Positions 16,918 to 26,107 of a stretch of DNA of 56,040 nt are shown in pieces. The notes below the pieces were generated by a model. That model ran no database searches. It worked only from the letters and a program-made list of their open reading frames with translations, and was not told where the DNA came from. The stretch is taken from positions 1-56,040 of the forward strand of contig JBDLRP010000027.1 in assembly GCA_039799905.1 (NCBI GenBank), written 5' to 3'. The stretch's first letter is position 1. Each line of letters begins with the position of its first letter. A program made the position numbers and the translations under genes. The DNA comes from Pseudomonadota bacterium (GTDB lineage Bacteria > Bdellovibrionota_B > Oligoflexia > Silvanigrellales > Silvanigrellaceae).

Positions 16918-18987
16918 CTAATCGCTTTTGCCCCGCGTATTTTCTCGGGCCGAAAAAAATGACCTGACATTTTCAGCAACCGCCGACGGCAAACCAGCCT
17001 GCTCCATCAGTTCCTCAACACTCGCCTGAGAAATTTTCTCAACACTGCCGAATACTGTGAAAAGTTTCTTTCGCCGCTTCGGTCCGAGTCCGGCAATTTC
17101 TGTCAGCAGACTGCGCAAACTCCGGCTGTCACGCTTCTTACGGTGAAAGCTGATTGCAAAGCGATGCGCTTCGTTGCGAATTTGTGTGATGAGCTGAAAT
17201 TCAGGACTCGCGTTTTTAAGAACAAGTGTGTCTGTCCCCTCATCAGGAACGAGGTCGCCGCTCGCATTGCGGCGTGGAACAACGACTCTCTCGGAACTTG
17301 CGGAGACTTTTTTATCTCTGAAGTTCGATGACGTTCGTGACTTTGCAATTCCAAAAAGCGGAACTGCATCAAGCCCGAGACTCTTGAGCAACCACGCCAC
17401 TTCGCGCACCTGCGGTTCCCCACCGTCCACAAGCAGCAAATCTGGAATTTCATGGCGGCGATCCTCGCGAAACCTCCGGCGGATCACTTCACGCAGGCTT
17501 GCAAAATCATCCTGACCGACAACTTCGCGGATCGTATATTTTCGATATTCATTCTTCGCCGGCTGCCCTTGTCTGAATACGACGCCCGAGGCAACTGTTG
17601 AGCCACCCTGAAAGGTTGAAATATCGTAGCATTCAATCCACGCAGGAAGCCGAGGCAGCGACAGCAGTTCCTGCACACCGGACATCCGCCTGTGCGCAGC
17701 GTCGTCGGCATTCAAAGATTCCTGCAATTTTGTTTTCGCATTGCCGAGCACCATGTCGCATAATCCTGAAAAAGCATCGGCAAACATTTTCCTCTGCGAT
17801 CCGCGCATACGTTTGGCTTCATCGGCAGACGACGAGCAGGAGATTTTCACGGATATTTTTTCGCGCTGCTGCCGTTCGGCCTTGCCGGCTTCAAGTGAAT
17901 TGACAAGTAATTGCAGTGCAACAAGCTTGTCGTCGCTCAGTACCTCTGTGCCCGATGGTAAAAATATCGTTGGTGGAATTTCATGATCGGCATAAAAACG
18001 ACCGATCACTTGAAAAACAAATTCACTCTTGGCTTCCGAATCAAGGGACGCAGTCTGAGCCTTGTGCTCTAAATTGAGATCAACAATCCGCTCGAGACCT
18101 TCTTTGATGACGTGCGAATTACCGCCAATCAACTTGCCGTCACGGACAACGGCGAAATACACAGCAACGGCTGAGCTGCTCCATGCAAAATCAATCACGT
18201 CAGCGTTGAAGCCGGGAATGAGAGTGACACTCTGCTGCTGCGCCAGTTTCTCCAAAGCCCGCAGCTGGTCGCGCAACTGCGCAGCCTTCTCGAAATTCAT
18301 CACTTGCGCCGCCGACGCCATGTCGGATTTGATCTTTTGCGACAACTCTTGCGTCTTGCCAGACAGCAGCGAAAGCACCCGCTCCACCAGGTCTTGATAG
18401 TGGGACTTCTCCACGCTCAGCTTGCAGGGCCCAAGGCATCGCTTGATGCTGTGATAATTGCAGGGCCTGCTGACCGTCTTAAAAACATTGGGCGTGCACT
18501 TCACCAGCGGAAAAAAGCGTTGAATCACACTTTGGGTCGCATGCAGTTCGGCTGCGTTGGAGTAGGGGCCGAAATAGGCTCCGCCGTCGTTCCGGCGCTT
18601 GCGCGTTTGGATGACCCGCGGCCAGGACTCCTCGAGAGTGACCTTCAGGTAAGGGTACGTTTTATCGTCTCGGAGCAGGATGTTGTAGGGCGGCCGGTGA
18701 TGCTTGATAAGGTTGTTTTCCAGCAACAGCGACTCGTTTTCATTGTCGACGACCATCATGTCGAAATCGCAGATCCGCGCCACAAGCGCCCGAGTTTTGG
18801 GAGTGTGGCGGTCTAACCCCGTGAAATAACTTCTTAACCGATTCTGAAGATTTTTTGCCTTACCGACGTACAAAACTTTCCCGTCGGCCGATTTATGGAT
18901 ATAGACTCCAGGAAGATGAGGGACGTTGGCCAGCTTCTCCCGGAGGTATGCCAATCGTTGATCCGAAGACCGGTTTGGGTCAGCCAT
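16918..18987 (-). CDS. uvrC: Excinuclease ABC subunit C
   Basis: GIY-YIG (PGVY..LYVGKAKNL), YNILLRDDKTYPY, FEKAAQLRD, IECYDIS, LVDGG, RNEAHRFAI, HhH GLGPKRR; start 18987, or up to 19014. Confidence 0.96.
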   Translation of the reverse strand: MADPNRSSDQRLAYLREKLANVPHLPGVYIHKSADGKVLYVGKAKNLQNRLRSYFTGLDRHTPKTRALVARICDFDMMVVDNENESLLLENNLIKHHRPPYNILLRDDKTYPYLKVTLEESWPRVIQTRKRRNDGGAYFGPYSNAAELHATQSVIQRFFPLVKCTPNVFKTVSRPCNYHSIKRCLGPCKLSVEKSHYQDLVERVLSLLSGKTQELSQKIKSDMASAAQVMNFEKAAQLRDQLRALEKLAQQQSVTLIPGFNADVIDFAWSSSAVAVYFAVVRDGKLIGGNSHVIKEGLERIVDLNLEHKAQTASLDSEAKSEFVFQVIGRFYADHEIPPTIFLPSGTEVLSDDKLVALQLLVNSLEAGKAERQQREKISVKISCSSSADEAKRMRGSQRKMFADAFSGLCDMVLGNAKTKLQESLNADDAAHRRMSGVQELLSLPRLPAWIECYDISTFQGGSTVASGVVFRQGQPAKNEYRKYTIREVVGQDDFASLREVIRRRFREDRRHEIPDLLLVDGGEPQVREVAWLLKSLGLDAVPLFGIAKSRTSSNFRDKKVSASSERVVVPRRNASGDLVPDEGTDTLVLKNASPEFQLITQIRNEAHRFAISFHRKKRDSRSLRSLLTEIAGLGPKRRKKLFTVFGSVEKISQASVEELMEQAGLPSAVAENVRSFFSARENTRGKSD

Positions 18988-19006
18988 CCCGCTCTGTTCC
19001 TTTCGC

Positions 19007-20314
19007 ATGACCACGCAACCACCCCAAGGAGAGACTCTGGTGAGTCAATACCCGCAACTCCACCTGACCAACGATTCGTTCATCTACGCCTGCCAGTCGG
19101 AGTTTGCCGCCCGCACCAAAAAAGACGGCTCGTTCAACTCTCATCTGCGATACGAGGAATTCCTCACAAGCTCATTCTCCCGACCGGCGAATCCGACCAT
19201 GAAGGATGTCGCCCGTCTGTTCACCGCCATTGCCAAGCACCAAACTCAGGCCACCGCGCAGTTTCGCAGAAACGAACCCATCAATCTCGAGACGGTATCC
19301 TACTTCACTTGTGCAATTGCGACACTGTTTGCAGACCTCGAATCCGCATGCAAGGAATTGTTTGGCACAGGCCTTCCAATCATTCCCGAAACTCCTCCGG
19401 AGTACTCGACGGAAGCGCCGATTGCCACTTCCTTGCTGAACGCGCGCAGCACCTACCTCTCGCAGGGTCAATCTGGAGACTCAGAACCCGCTGTTTTTGA
19501 GGCATTTCCGCGCAGTGAATTTCCAAACCTGACCGCGGAACAGCAGGCTCAGCTCTGGTCGTGCGAACTTTGGGACCTGATTGCAGACGCACTGCATTCC
19601 TCACTCGGCGAATATGCTGATGCGGCCATGGGCTTTGCGTACTGGAAATATCAGGAAGTGCCACAAAAGCCGGACATCGACTGGCGCGTCAGGCCACCTG
19701 TTGGTGAAGCATACGCCAAAGCATTCAAGCCACTCTTGCGCAAACACTCCGATCGCGGCGATCGCTCGTTTGACAAGCGTGACCGTTTTGATCGCAAGGA
19801 CCGCGGCGACCGTCCCGACCGTGGCGAACGCACCGACAAGCACGAGCGCGGAGGCCGTGGAGAGCGGCCCGCCCACACTGGTGAAGCAAGCGCAGGCGAG
19901 CAACCAAAAACAGGACACGAGACACGCAAACCACGCAGCGAGAGTGGTGCTCCGCAAAGAGACGGATTGCCGACCTCTGCTCAAGCAAGACCTGAGCGTT
20001 CAGAACACACACGCCAGCCGCGTGGCGAACGCCGCGGCGAGCAATCCGATCGTCCGCGGGGCGGACGCGAGGCGCGCACACCAAATACCGGCCCTCAATC
20101 GAGTGAACAGCAGCTCAACGAGGCTCTTGAAGAAGTCAGACAAGCCATTACTTCGCTCAGCAAAAATCCCGCGATGGGCGAGATCCAATTGAAGCCAAAC
20201 AACAGCTTCATCAGGCGTCAGCAGCACAGCTTGGCGGTTGAACTCGGCTTCGATACCGAAAGTCGCGGCGAAGGACGAGACCGTGGCGTTGTGATCCGCA
20301 CAGCGCAGGTCTGA
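19007..20314 (+). CDS. R3H-domain nucleic-acid-binding protein with unknown N-terminal domain and charged disordered linker
   Basis: C-terminal LKPNNSFIRRQQH...ESRGEGRDRGVVI is an R3H; central R/D/E/G-rich region. Confidence 0.8.
   Translation: MTTQPPQGETLVSQYPQLHLTNDSFIYACQSEFAARTKKDGSFNSHLRYEEFLTSSFSRPANPTMKDVARLFTAIAKHQTQATAQFRRNEPINLETVSYFTCAIATLFADLESACKELFGTGLPIIPETPPEYSTEAPIATSLLNARSTYLSQGQSGDSEPAVFEAFPRSEFPNLTAEQQAQLWSCELWDLIADALHSSLGEYADAAMGFAYWKYQEVPQKPDIDWRVRPPVGEAYAKAFKPLLRKHSDRGDRSFDKRDRFDRKDRGDRPDRGERTDKHERGGRGERPAHTGEASAGEQPKTGHETRKPRSESGAPQRDGLPTSAQARPERSEHTRQPRGERRGEQSDRPRGGREARTPNTGPQSSEQQLNEALEEVRQAITSLSKNPAMGEIQLKPNNSFIRRQQHSLAVELGFDTESRGEGRDRGVVIRTAQV
19751..19870 (+). 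repeat. Degenerate in-frame repeats encoding DR/ER triplets
   Basis: gatcgc/gaccgt/gaacgc units encoding DRGDRSFDKRDRFDRKDRGDRPDRGER. Confidence 0.6.
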
Positions 20315-20341
20315 TTCCAAGTCGAATGCCGTAAAATAATC

Positions 20342-20373
20342 AGACGCAGCGGTCAGGAGCTGCGTCTTTTTTT
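20342..20373 (+). terminator. Intrinsic terminator after the R3H gene
   Basis: AGACGCAGC-loop-GCTGCGTCT followed by a T-run. Confidence 0.85.
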
Positions 20374-20375
20374 AT

Positions 20376-21737
20376 GTGCTGTTATCCGCATTGTGCATGA
20401 GTACGCGGATCAATTTATTACTCCATAGCGATCATCATTCACATTACAATCAAAGGCTGCTGGCTCGAATGATGAGCTCGGTTGAAAGCTGTTTCATTCT
20501 CATAGTTGTCGTCGTCGCTGGTCTCGTTTTACCTTACAAATCGGAGACCGAACCACTCCTGAAGCGCTGGGCGGACTCACCTTTCTTTGCACAGATTCGC
20601 GCTGAGAGCCTCACCCACAATGGACAGCACGCGGCACTCGACGAATTGCGGGAAAACTTTCTCATCAATGAAAAAATTAAAGATCCACTCCTGCGCGAGG
20701 AGTTCGAACAATCAGGTCTTGCACATTTGCTCGCCATCTCCGGCGGACAGACAGCACCAGCGGCGGCAGCCATTTCATTTTTTATGCTGATGATCATTGT
20801 GGCATGCACGCGCACTCTTAAAAACGAAAGCTCACTCAAATGGCTTGCGGGTCTGCGGCTTGCAACAGGACTCCTGCATACTCTTGTCATATTTTTTCTT
20901 GTCGGATTGTATCAAAGCAGTGGCGCCCTCACCCGTGCGCTTGCCAATCACATCACACTCTGCGCGAGATCGTTGCTACTTTTTACCGTCAACGACCGGC
21001 ACAATAACTGCGGTAAGACACGCGGTCTAATGCTGGCCTCCCCTTGGTGCTTGGGCTGGATATTGTTGCAGAACCCCGTTCGTGATCTATCGTTCCTGTT
21101 GTCCGCGCTCGGGGCACTGACAAGTCTCTTTGTCTCACAACTTCTGGCTTTGGTGATCCGGGCAGACAGCACGGAAACATTGCCCCTGCCGGGCAGCAGC
21201 CGGCTGCTTGGGAAATACCTTTTCGCTCCGGTGTCTATGAAAATATCGATGGCGATTGTTTCAGTGTCGCTGACTAGTGCTTTGATGTCGCTGTTGACGA
21301 TACCTTTTTGGCCTGCAGGAAATATTCTTGAAAAGGTGCTCGCAAATATTCTTGCAGGTCCGTGTGTCATGTTCATCATAACACCTGCAGCGCTTGGCAT
21401 CTGCGTTTCAGTTGTGTTCGAATTGGCCGGCCTCGGGTTTGCGTGTCATGCAATGCTGCGTTGTGGGCTCGAGATACTGCTCTACACGGCACGAACATTC
21501 GGAAACCCAGTTGACCAAGTAAATCAGCAGCAGAGCGCAGAATTTTTTGCCTCGATGGGTGTTTCCCCCTCCGTTGTCATTGCCTGTGAAATCCTGCTCC
21601 TCTCGGTATTGACGGAAATGCTCAGAACCCGACTCGGCGAGACAGAAAATCTCCTGCTGCCGAGAGCCGACAAGCGAGTGTCAGCATTCGTGAGGGCGAA
21701 GACGCACGCTTTGAGATTTTTTGATAAAATCCGATAA
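20376..21737 (+). CDS. comEC: ComEC/Rec2 competence-domain membrane protein, minimal form
   Basis: FEQSGLAHLLAISG, LTRA, DLSFLLS, LANILAGP; multiple TM segments; no beta-lactamase domain; start uncertain. Confidence 0.75.
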   Translation: MLLSALCMSTRINLLLHSDHHSHYNQRLLARMMSSVESCFILIVVVVAGLVLPYKSETEPLLKRWADSPFFAQIRAESLTHNGQHAALDELRENFLINEKIKDPLLREEFEQSGLAHLLAISGGQTAPAAAAISFFMLMIIVACTRTLKNESSLKWLAGLRLATGLLHTLVIFFLVGLYQSSGALTRALANHITLCARSLLLFTVNDRHNNCGKTRGLMLASPWCLGWILLQNPVRDLSFLLSALGALTSLFVSQLLALVIRADSTETLPLPGSSRLLGKYLFAPVSMKISMAIVSVSLTSALMSLLTIPFWPAGNILEKVLANILAGPCVMFIITPAALGICVSVVFELAGLGFACHAMLRCGLEILLYTARTFGNPVDQVNQQQSAEFFASMGVSPSVVIACEILLLSVLTEMLRTRLGETENLLLPRADKRVSAFVRAKTHALRFFDKIR

Positions 21738-21759
21738 GTGTACAGGTAGGGAGGGCGTT

Positions 21760-22059
21760 ATGACCTGTCTAAAAAACCTCATTGCTTTCGGGACGTTGTT
21801 ATTTGCTCTGAGCTCGGGGGCCGCACTGGCTCAGGGCAAGGGTGGGGGAAAAAGCCTCGAAAACAGCAAATCAGTGAAATATAAATCAAAAACCGAGGTC
21901 AACTTTGACGACGCGACCATCGAGGGTTCCGTCCGAACACCTTTTGGTCAGGGTATCAACTCTCGTGATCAAAAGTTTAACCGCAATTTCATCAACGTGA
22001 GGAAAAACTTTCACGACCAGATGCTGCTCAGTACAGGTGGTATCTCTCCGTCGCCATAA
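21760..22059 (+). CDS. Small secreted protein resembling gliding-motility protein GltF/CglF
   Basis: Signal peptide ending ALA; YKSKTEVNFDDATIEG...FINVRKNF resembles the CglF pattern as I recall it; GGAGG RBS. Confidence 0.7.
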   Translation: MTCLKNLIAFGTLLFALSSGAALAQGKGGGKSLENSKSVKYKSKTEVNFDDATIEGSVRTPFGQGINSRDQKFNRNFINVRKNFHDQMLLSTGGISPSP

Positions 22060-22074
22060 TCTCGGAAATAAGAA

Positions 22075-24087
22075 TTAGGAAAGCATTTCAACCAACTGGG
22101 CTTCCGTCAGAATCGGAATGCCCAGCTTTTTTGCCTGAACGTATTTCGACGAACCCGACTCCTCATTACAAACTAAAAAGTTTGTCTTGGCACTGACAGA
22201 ACTGGCGACCTTGGCACCGAGCTTTTCCAACTTCCGTGCATAAATCTCCCGCGGCTGCGAAAGTGCGCCGGTGATGCAGATGCTTTTTCCCGCAAGCGGG
22301 TGGTCCGCCAGATGTGCCCGCTCCTGCGCTGTCGAGTCGGCTTGGACGGTGACAAAGTTCAAGAGTTCATCGATCCAATTCCTGCGCGACTGGAGTGATT
22401 CAATAAAATCACTTGCCGACTTTCCGGCCCATCCGCGTTCAGCCGCAAGCTCTTCGGCGTGCGCATTCAAAACTCTATCCAGCGTCGAAAACCGCGCTGC
22501 GACTTCTCTGCATTTGACGATGCCGCCGCGCTTGAGACCAAGTGACGCAAGAAACACACTAAGAGGAATTGTCTTTTTCTGACTGATGGAGGCAACCAGA
22601 TTCTCTGCCGACTTTCTCGCAAAACCCTCGAGGGATAAAATGTCATCTACGCTCAGCCGGAAGAAATCAGCCGGAGTCTTCAATAAATTGGCCTCGCGCA
22701 ATTTGGCGACCGTTTTTTCAGATAAACCCTGAATTTCCAGCGTCTGGGCGAAATACAAAAAGCTTTCCTGATCCTTCGAAGGACAAGACAACAGAGGCTG
22801 GGAGCAGTAGAGATCAGGGCCAGTCACCGCCAGGGAATAGCCGCACGGACAGGTGGTCGGGAGCTCGTATGCTCTTTCAGCTTCTTTTTCCAAACCGATG
22901 ATCGAAGGAATAACTTCACCACTTCGAGTAATTCTGACTAACGCCCCGGGTGCATATCCCCCGCTGCGGATGAATTCTGCATTGTGAAGTGTTGCGTACG
23001 AAATTTGAGCGCCCGAGAGCTGAACAGGCCGCACCTGTGCTCGAAAGGTAACCTTTCCACTGCGCCCAATACTTGTTTCAATCGCAAGAATTTCGGTTAC
23101 GGCACTTTCGCTTTCCTGCTTGAATGCAAGACTTCCACGCGGATGGTGACTGGTTGCCCCGAGTGCTTCAAACAATTCCTCATCGTTGAGCCGAATGACA
23201 ATTCCATCAATCTGATGATCGCGGCTTTGTGAAAATGCTCTCAGGACTCGTTCAGCAAGCCGTGTGTCGCCATTTTCGAGTGACATGAGCTCCGTTGTTT
23301 TTTCTGGAATGCCCGTGTCAAAACCGAGCGACTGGAGAAACTCCAGTTTTGAGAAATAACCTTTGCAGGTTCCCTTGATATCGAAGACAGCAGTTTGTGC
23401 AACCGAAAGAATTTCGCCTGCAGGCTGGGAATCAGACTTTCTGAACACGATAAAATCGTACGCTCTAAATCTTAGAACATTTAAAACATCAATCGCCTCG
23501 TCAACCTCTTTGCGTCCGAAGGTCCCCGGGACTGCATTGCGATAGCTGTCAAAGCGTTCCGAAAAAGGAGCGAATTCATTGATGGGAAAATACATTTCAC
23601 CGCGCACTTCAAGGCGCAAATCATTCCATCCGTCTGGGAGCATGATGTGCTTTGGCAAGCTCAACACATGCATGACGTGTGCGGTCGCATCTTCTCCCAG
23701 TGTTCCGCTGCCACGCGTACTTGCACGCATCAGGCGGCCGTTGAAATCAAACTCAAGTGCCATTGCCATGCCATCCACTTTGTCGCTCAGTACAACCGGA
23801 CGGCCCGCAGCGAAATCGGAAAGGTCAGCACTCTCGTAGCTTTTCGCAAGCGAGAGCATCGGCGGCCTGTGCGCAACTTTTTGCGCCGATTCGCGTATCT
23901 GATAACCCACGAAATGAAGCGCAGGATGTGACGGATCGAGGGTGCGCAATTCGTCTTCGAGCGCATCATATGCTTCGTCGGTGACAGCAGGACGGCCCAA
24001 ATAATAGAGTTCTTTGTAGAGGAGAATCTGCGATGCAAGACGTTCAATTTTTTCACGATTGCGAATGGCGGAATTTGTTTCAGTCAT
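22075..24087 (-). CDS. ligA: NAD-dependent DNA ligase
   Basis: PMLSL, KVDG adenylation motif, STRGSG..GED, EVRGE, IDGIV, ATLHN, GEVIP, Cys4 finger, C-terminal BRCT. Confidence 0.96.
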   Translation of the reverse strand: MTETNSAIRNREKIERLASQILLYKELYYLGRPAVTDEAYDALEDELRTLDPSHPALHFVGYQIRESAQKVAHRPPMLSLAKSYESADLSDFAAGRPVVLSDKVDGMAMALEFDFNGRLMRASTRGSGTLGEDATAHVMHVLSLPKHIMLPDGWNDLRLEVRGEMYFPINEFAPFSERFDSYRNAVPGTFGRKEVDEAIDVLNVLRFRAYDFIVFRKSDSQPAGEILSVAQTAVFDIKGTCKGYFSKLEFLQSLGFDTGIPEKTTELMSLENGDTRLAERVLRAFSQSRDHQIDGIVIRLNDEELFEALGATSHHPRGSLAFKQESESAVTEILAIETSIGRSGKVTFRAQVRPVQLSGAQISYATLHNAEFIRSGGYAPGALVRITRSGEVIPSIIGLEKEAERAYELPTTCPCGYSLAVTGPDLYCSQPLLSCPSKDQESFLYFAQTLEIQGLSEKTVAKLREANLLKTPADFFRLSVDDILSLEGFARKSAENLVASISQKKTIPLSVFLASLGLKRGGIVKCREVAARFSTLDRVLNAHAEELAAERGWAGKSASDFIESLQSRRNWIDELLNFVTVQADSTAQERAHLADHPLAGKSICITGALSQPREIYARKLEKLGAKVASSVSAKTNFLVCNEESGSSKYVQAKKLGIPILTEAQLVEMLS

Positions 24088-24089
24088 AG

Positions 24090-24116
24090 AAAAGGCTCAC
24101 CTGTGAAAAGTGAGCC
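24090..24116 (-). terminator. Terminator-like hairpin overlapping the ligA ribosome-binding site
   Basis: Minus strand GGCTCAC-TTTTCACAG-GTGAGCC-TTTT directly before the ligA ATG. Confidence 0.4.
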
Positions 24117-24163
24117 CAGATTGGCTTGAAATTTGTAATCTATCAACCGCAGATGCTGCCTTT

Positions 24164-26101
24164 TTAGGGGCGACCTGAGGAAAAGGCATCGGCATTCAGA
24201 ACGATGCGACGCTTTCGCCCTGCCTGCCCGAGTGCACCGTGTTCCCAGCCCGAGTACTTCAGTTTGGCCTTGGAACCATCTTGAACAAAAATTTCAGCAC
24301 GTTTGTTGAATTTAATGTCGATCTTTCCTGCCTCGTGCCTTCCCGCGTAAACCCTCTGACCATCGGCAGTCACCTGAATTTCGAGCGGCTCGCTCAAAGT
24401 GAGCACCGCGGCAACGGCACCCGTTACGTTCAATTTATTTACTGGCCTGGTTGCAGCAGACTCATCCGTGTTAGCAAGCGCAGCCTCATCCGCACCTGTG
24501 GCATTAGTCGCTGCCGCAACGGATGGTGATACAGGCGCTGTGGGCTGGGACGCCACAGGATCAACAGCTGGCAAGCCTGCCGGACTGCTGGTCTTCTCTG
24601 ATGTCGAAGTCGGCACTGAATCTGATTTTGGAGTCTGCGTGTTTGTATCTGCTGCTGTGGCGCTCTGATCAACATTGGCCGGAATTGCCTGTGCTGGATT
24701 TTCACCCGTCACAGAAGCAGCTTCTACTGGCGCTGTCTGAGTGGCTTCTGAGCTGTTCGCCCCCGCGACGCTGTCGGTCGCAGTGGTTTCTTGCCCCGCA
24801 GACTTTGCTTCGTCCGAGGTACTTGTCACGGCGGTTTCCTGAGTCAGAAGTCGGCCACCGACAAGCACGAGTACACACGCCGCAAGTAAACCCACTGCCA
24901 TTTTAAATCCGCGCGAACCGCTGGTCTGCTCTGCCTTCTCGGTGGATTCGCCTTGCGCGGAATCCTGCGAGTGGCTGAGCAGATAGGACTCCGCAGCGCT
25001 GAGACCAGGACTGTTTTCGGGTGCTGCTGTCGCGGAAGCTGCTTCCGGTTCTACTGGTAGAAGCGGAGGTTCGACAGCCTGAACGATGGTCTGACTGTCG
25101 GCATGCAGCTCGGATTCGACCGGCTGAACGGCCTGCGCTTCCACAGTTGCGACGGGCGACTGAATTGTTGTTTCTGAAATTTGAACTGAAGAGGTGTCAC
25201 GATCCTGCCGACCGCGACCGTGTTTTTTATTCTTCTTTCCTTGATGGGTCGTGTGCTGATGACTGTCGGGCTGACTCTCGGCAGGAGCGCTGGCTTGCAC
25301 GGGCTGCTGAACTGGGGCTGCGACCTGCATAGGCTGCTGCACAGGTGCGGGTATCTCCACACCAAGCACGGCGGCGGCCACAGCAAGAGGCTCGGGCGCT
25401 CTTTCGAGTGTCGCGGCAGCTGCAATTGGTCTTGTTTTTTGCGGAGGAGGCTGCACATCTCCCATATCGAGGGAAATACCCAAAATACTTGCAACGTCGG
25501 GTGTCACGACGTCGAGAGGCTCCTCCTCGGGAGTCATTTCCATCGCCCGATGAGCAGGACTGGGAATGCCAGTGGCACGCTGAGCCTGCACAGAATCGGT
25601 TGAGCGCAAGTTGCGTGTGGATGTTGTCAAAGTGTTGGTTCTGGAGGGAACCTCGGAAACCCTTGGCAAAGAAACTGATGGAGTGTTGGTGTCTGCTGCA
25701 AGACGTGCGTTTGCTGCCTCGCGTTCAAGATTCACATCACGTTTCGCACCACCGATTTGGTAGGGTGCCTGTGCGTCGTGCTCTGCCGGCATCACCGTCT
25801 GATTTGCTGCCTGATCCAATTCAGGAACAGACACTGAAAGCTCTCTTGCGTAAATGCGAATGAGCCCTCTACCGTTGAGCCCGGGCGGCAGTTCGTTCCA
25901 CTGGCCCTCTTCAATCGCAACCAAATAATGTTCGCGCACTTTAATCTTTGCAGACAGTGCGGATGTTGAGCGGCCAATAGACTCACGTGCTTTGCGCAGC
26001 CGCGCGCCAACCTGCTGAGCAGTGTCAGAGTTGACTCCCAGTGCCGTGCGATTCGCTGATGTTTCCATCTCTGTTCCCATCACGTGTCTTAAACCTTTCA
26101 A
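24164..26101 (-). CDS. rodZ: RodZ-like protein (N-terminal HTH, long linker, TM, C-terminal periplasmic domain)
   Basis: VGARLRKARE..KVREHYLVAIEEG..RGLIRIYAREL HTH; one TM; C-terminal IQVTADG; start probably 26080-26083. Confidence 0.75.
   Translation of the reverse strand: MKGLRHVMGTEMETSANRTALGVNSDTAQQVGARLRKARESIGRSTSALSAKIKVREHYLVAIEEGQWNELPPGLNGRGLIRIYARELSVSVPELDQAANQTVMPAEHDAQAPYQIGGAKRDVNLEREAANARLAADTNTPSVSLPRVSEVPSRTNTLTTSTRNLRSTDSVQAQRATGIPSPAHRAMEMTPEEEPLDVVTPDVASILGISLDMGDVQPPPQKTRPIAAAATLERAPEPLAVAAAVLGVEIPAPVQQPMQVAAPVQQPVQASAPAESQPDSHQHTTHQGKKNKKHGRGRQDRDTSSVQISETTIQSPVATVEAQAVQPVESELHADSQTIVQAVEPPLLPVEPEAASATAAPENSPGLSAAESYLLSHSQDSAQGESTEKAEQTSGSRGFKMAVGLLAACVLVLVGGRLLTQETAVTSTSDEAKSAGQETTATDSVAGANSSEATQTAPVEAASVTGENPAQAIPANVDQSATAADTNTQTPKSDSVPTSTSEKTSSPAGLPAVDPVASQPTAPVSPSVAAATNATGADEAALANTDESAATRPVNKLNVTGAVAAVLTLSEPLEIQVTADGQRVYAGRHEAGKIDIKFNKRAEIFVQDGSKAKLKYSGWEHGALGQAGRKRRIVLNADAFSSGRP
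25290..25350 (-). repeat. Tandem 30-bp in-frame duplication in the RodZ linker
   Basis: Encodes APVQQPMQVA/APVQQPVQAS. Confidence 0.6.
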
Positions 26102-26107
26102 AAAAAG

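Noticed and set aside
19751..20080. CRISPR-like or mobile repeat
   Set aside because: Short degenerate in-frame codon repeats with no fixed repeat-spacer period and no cas genes
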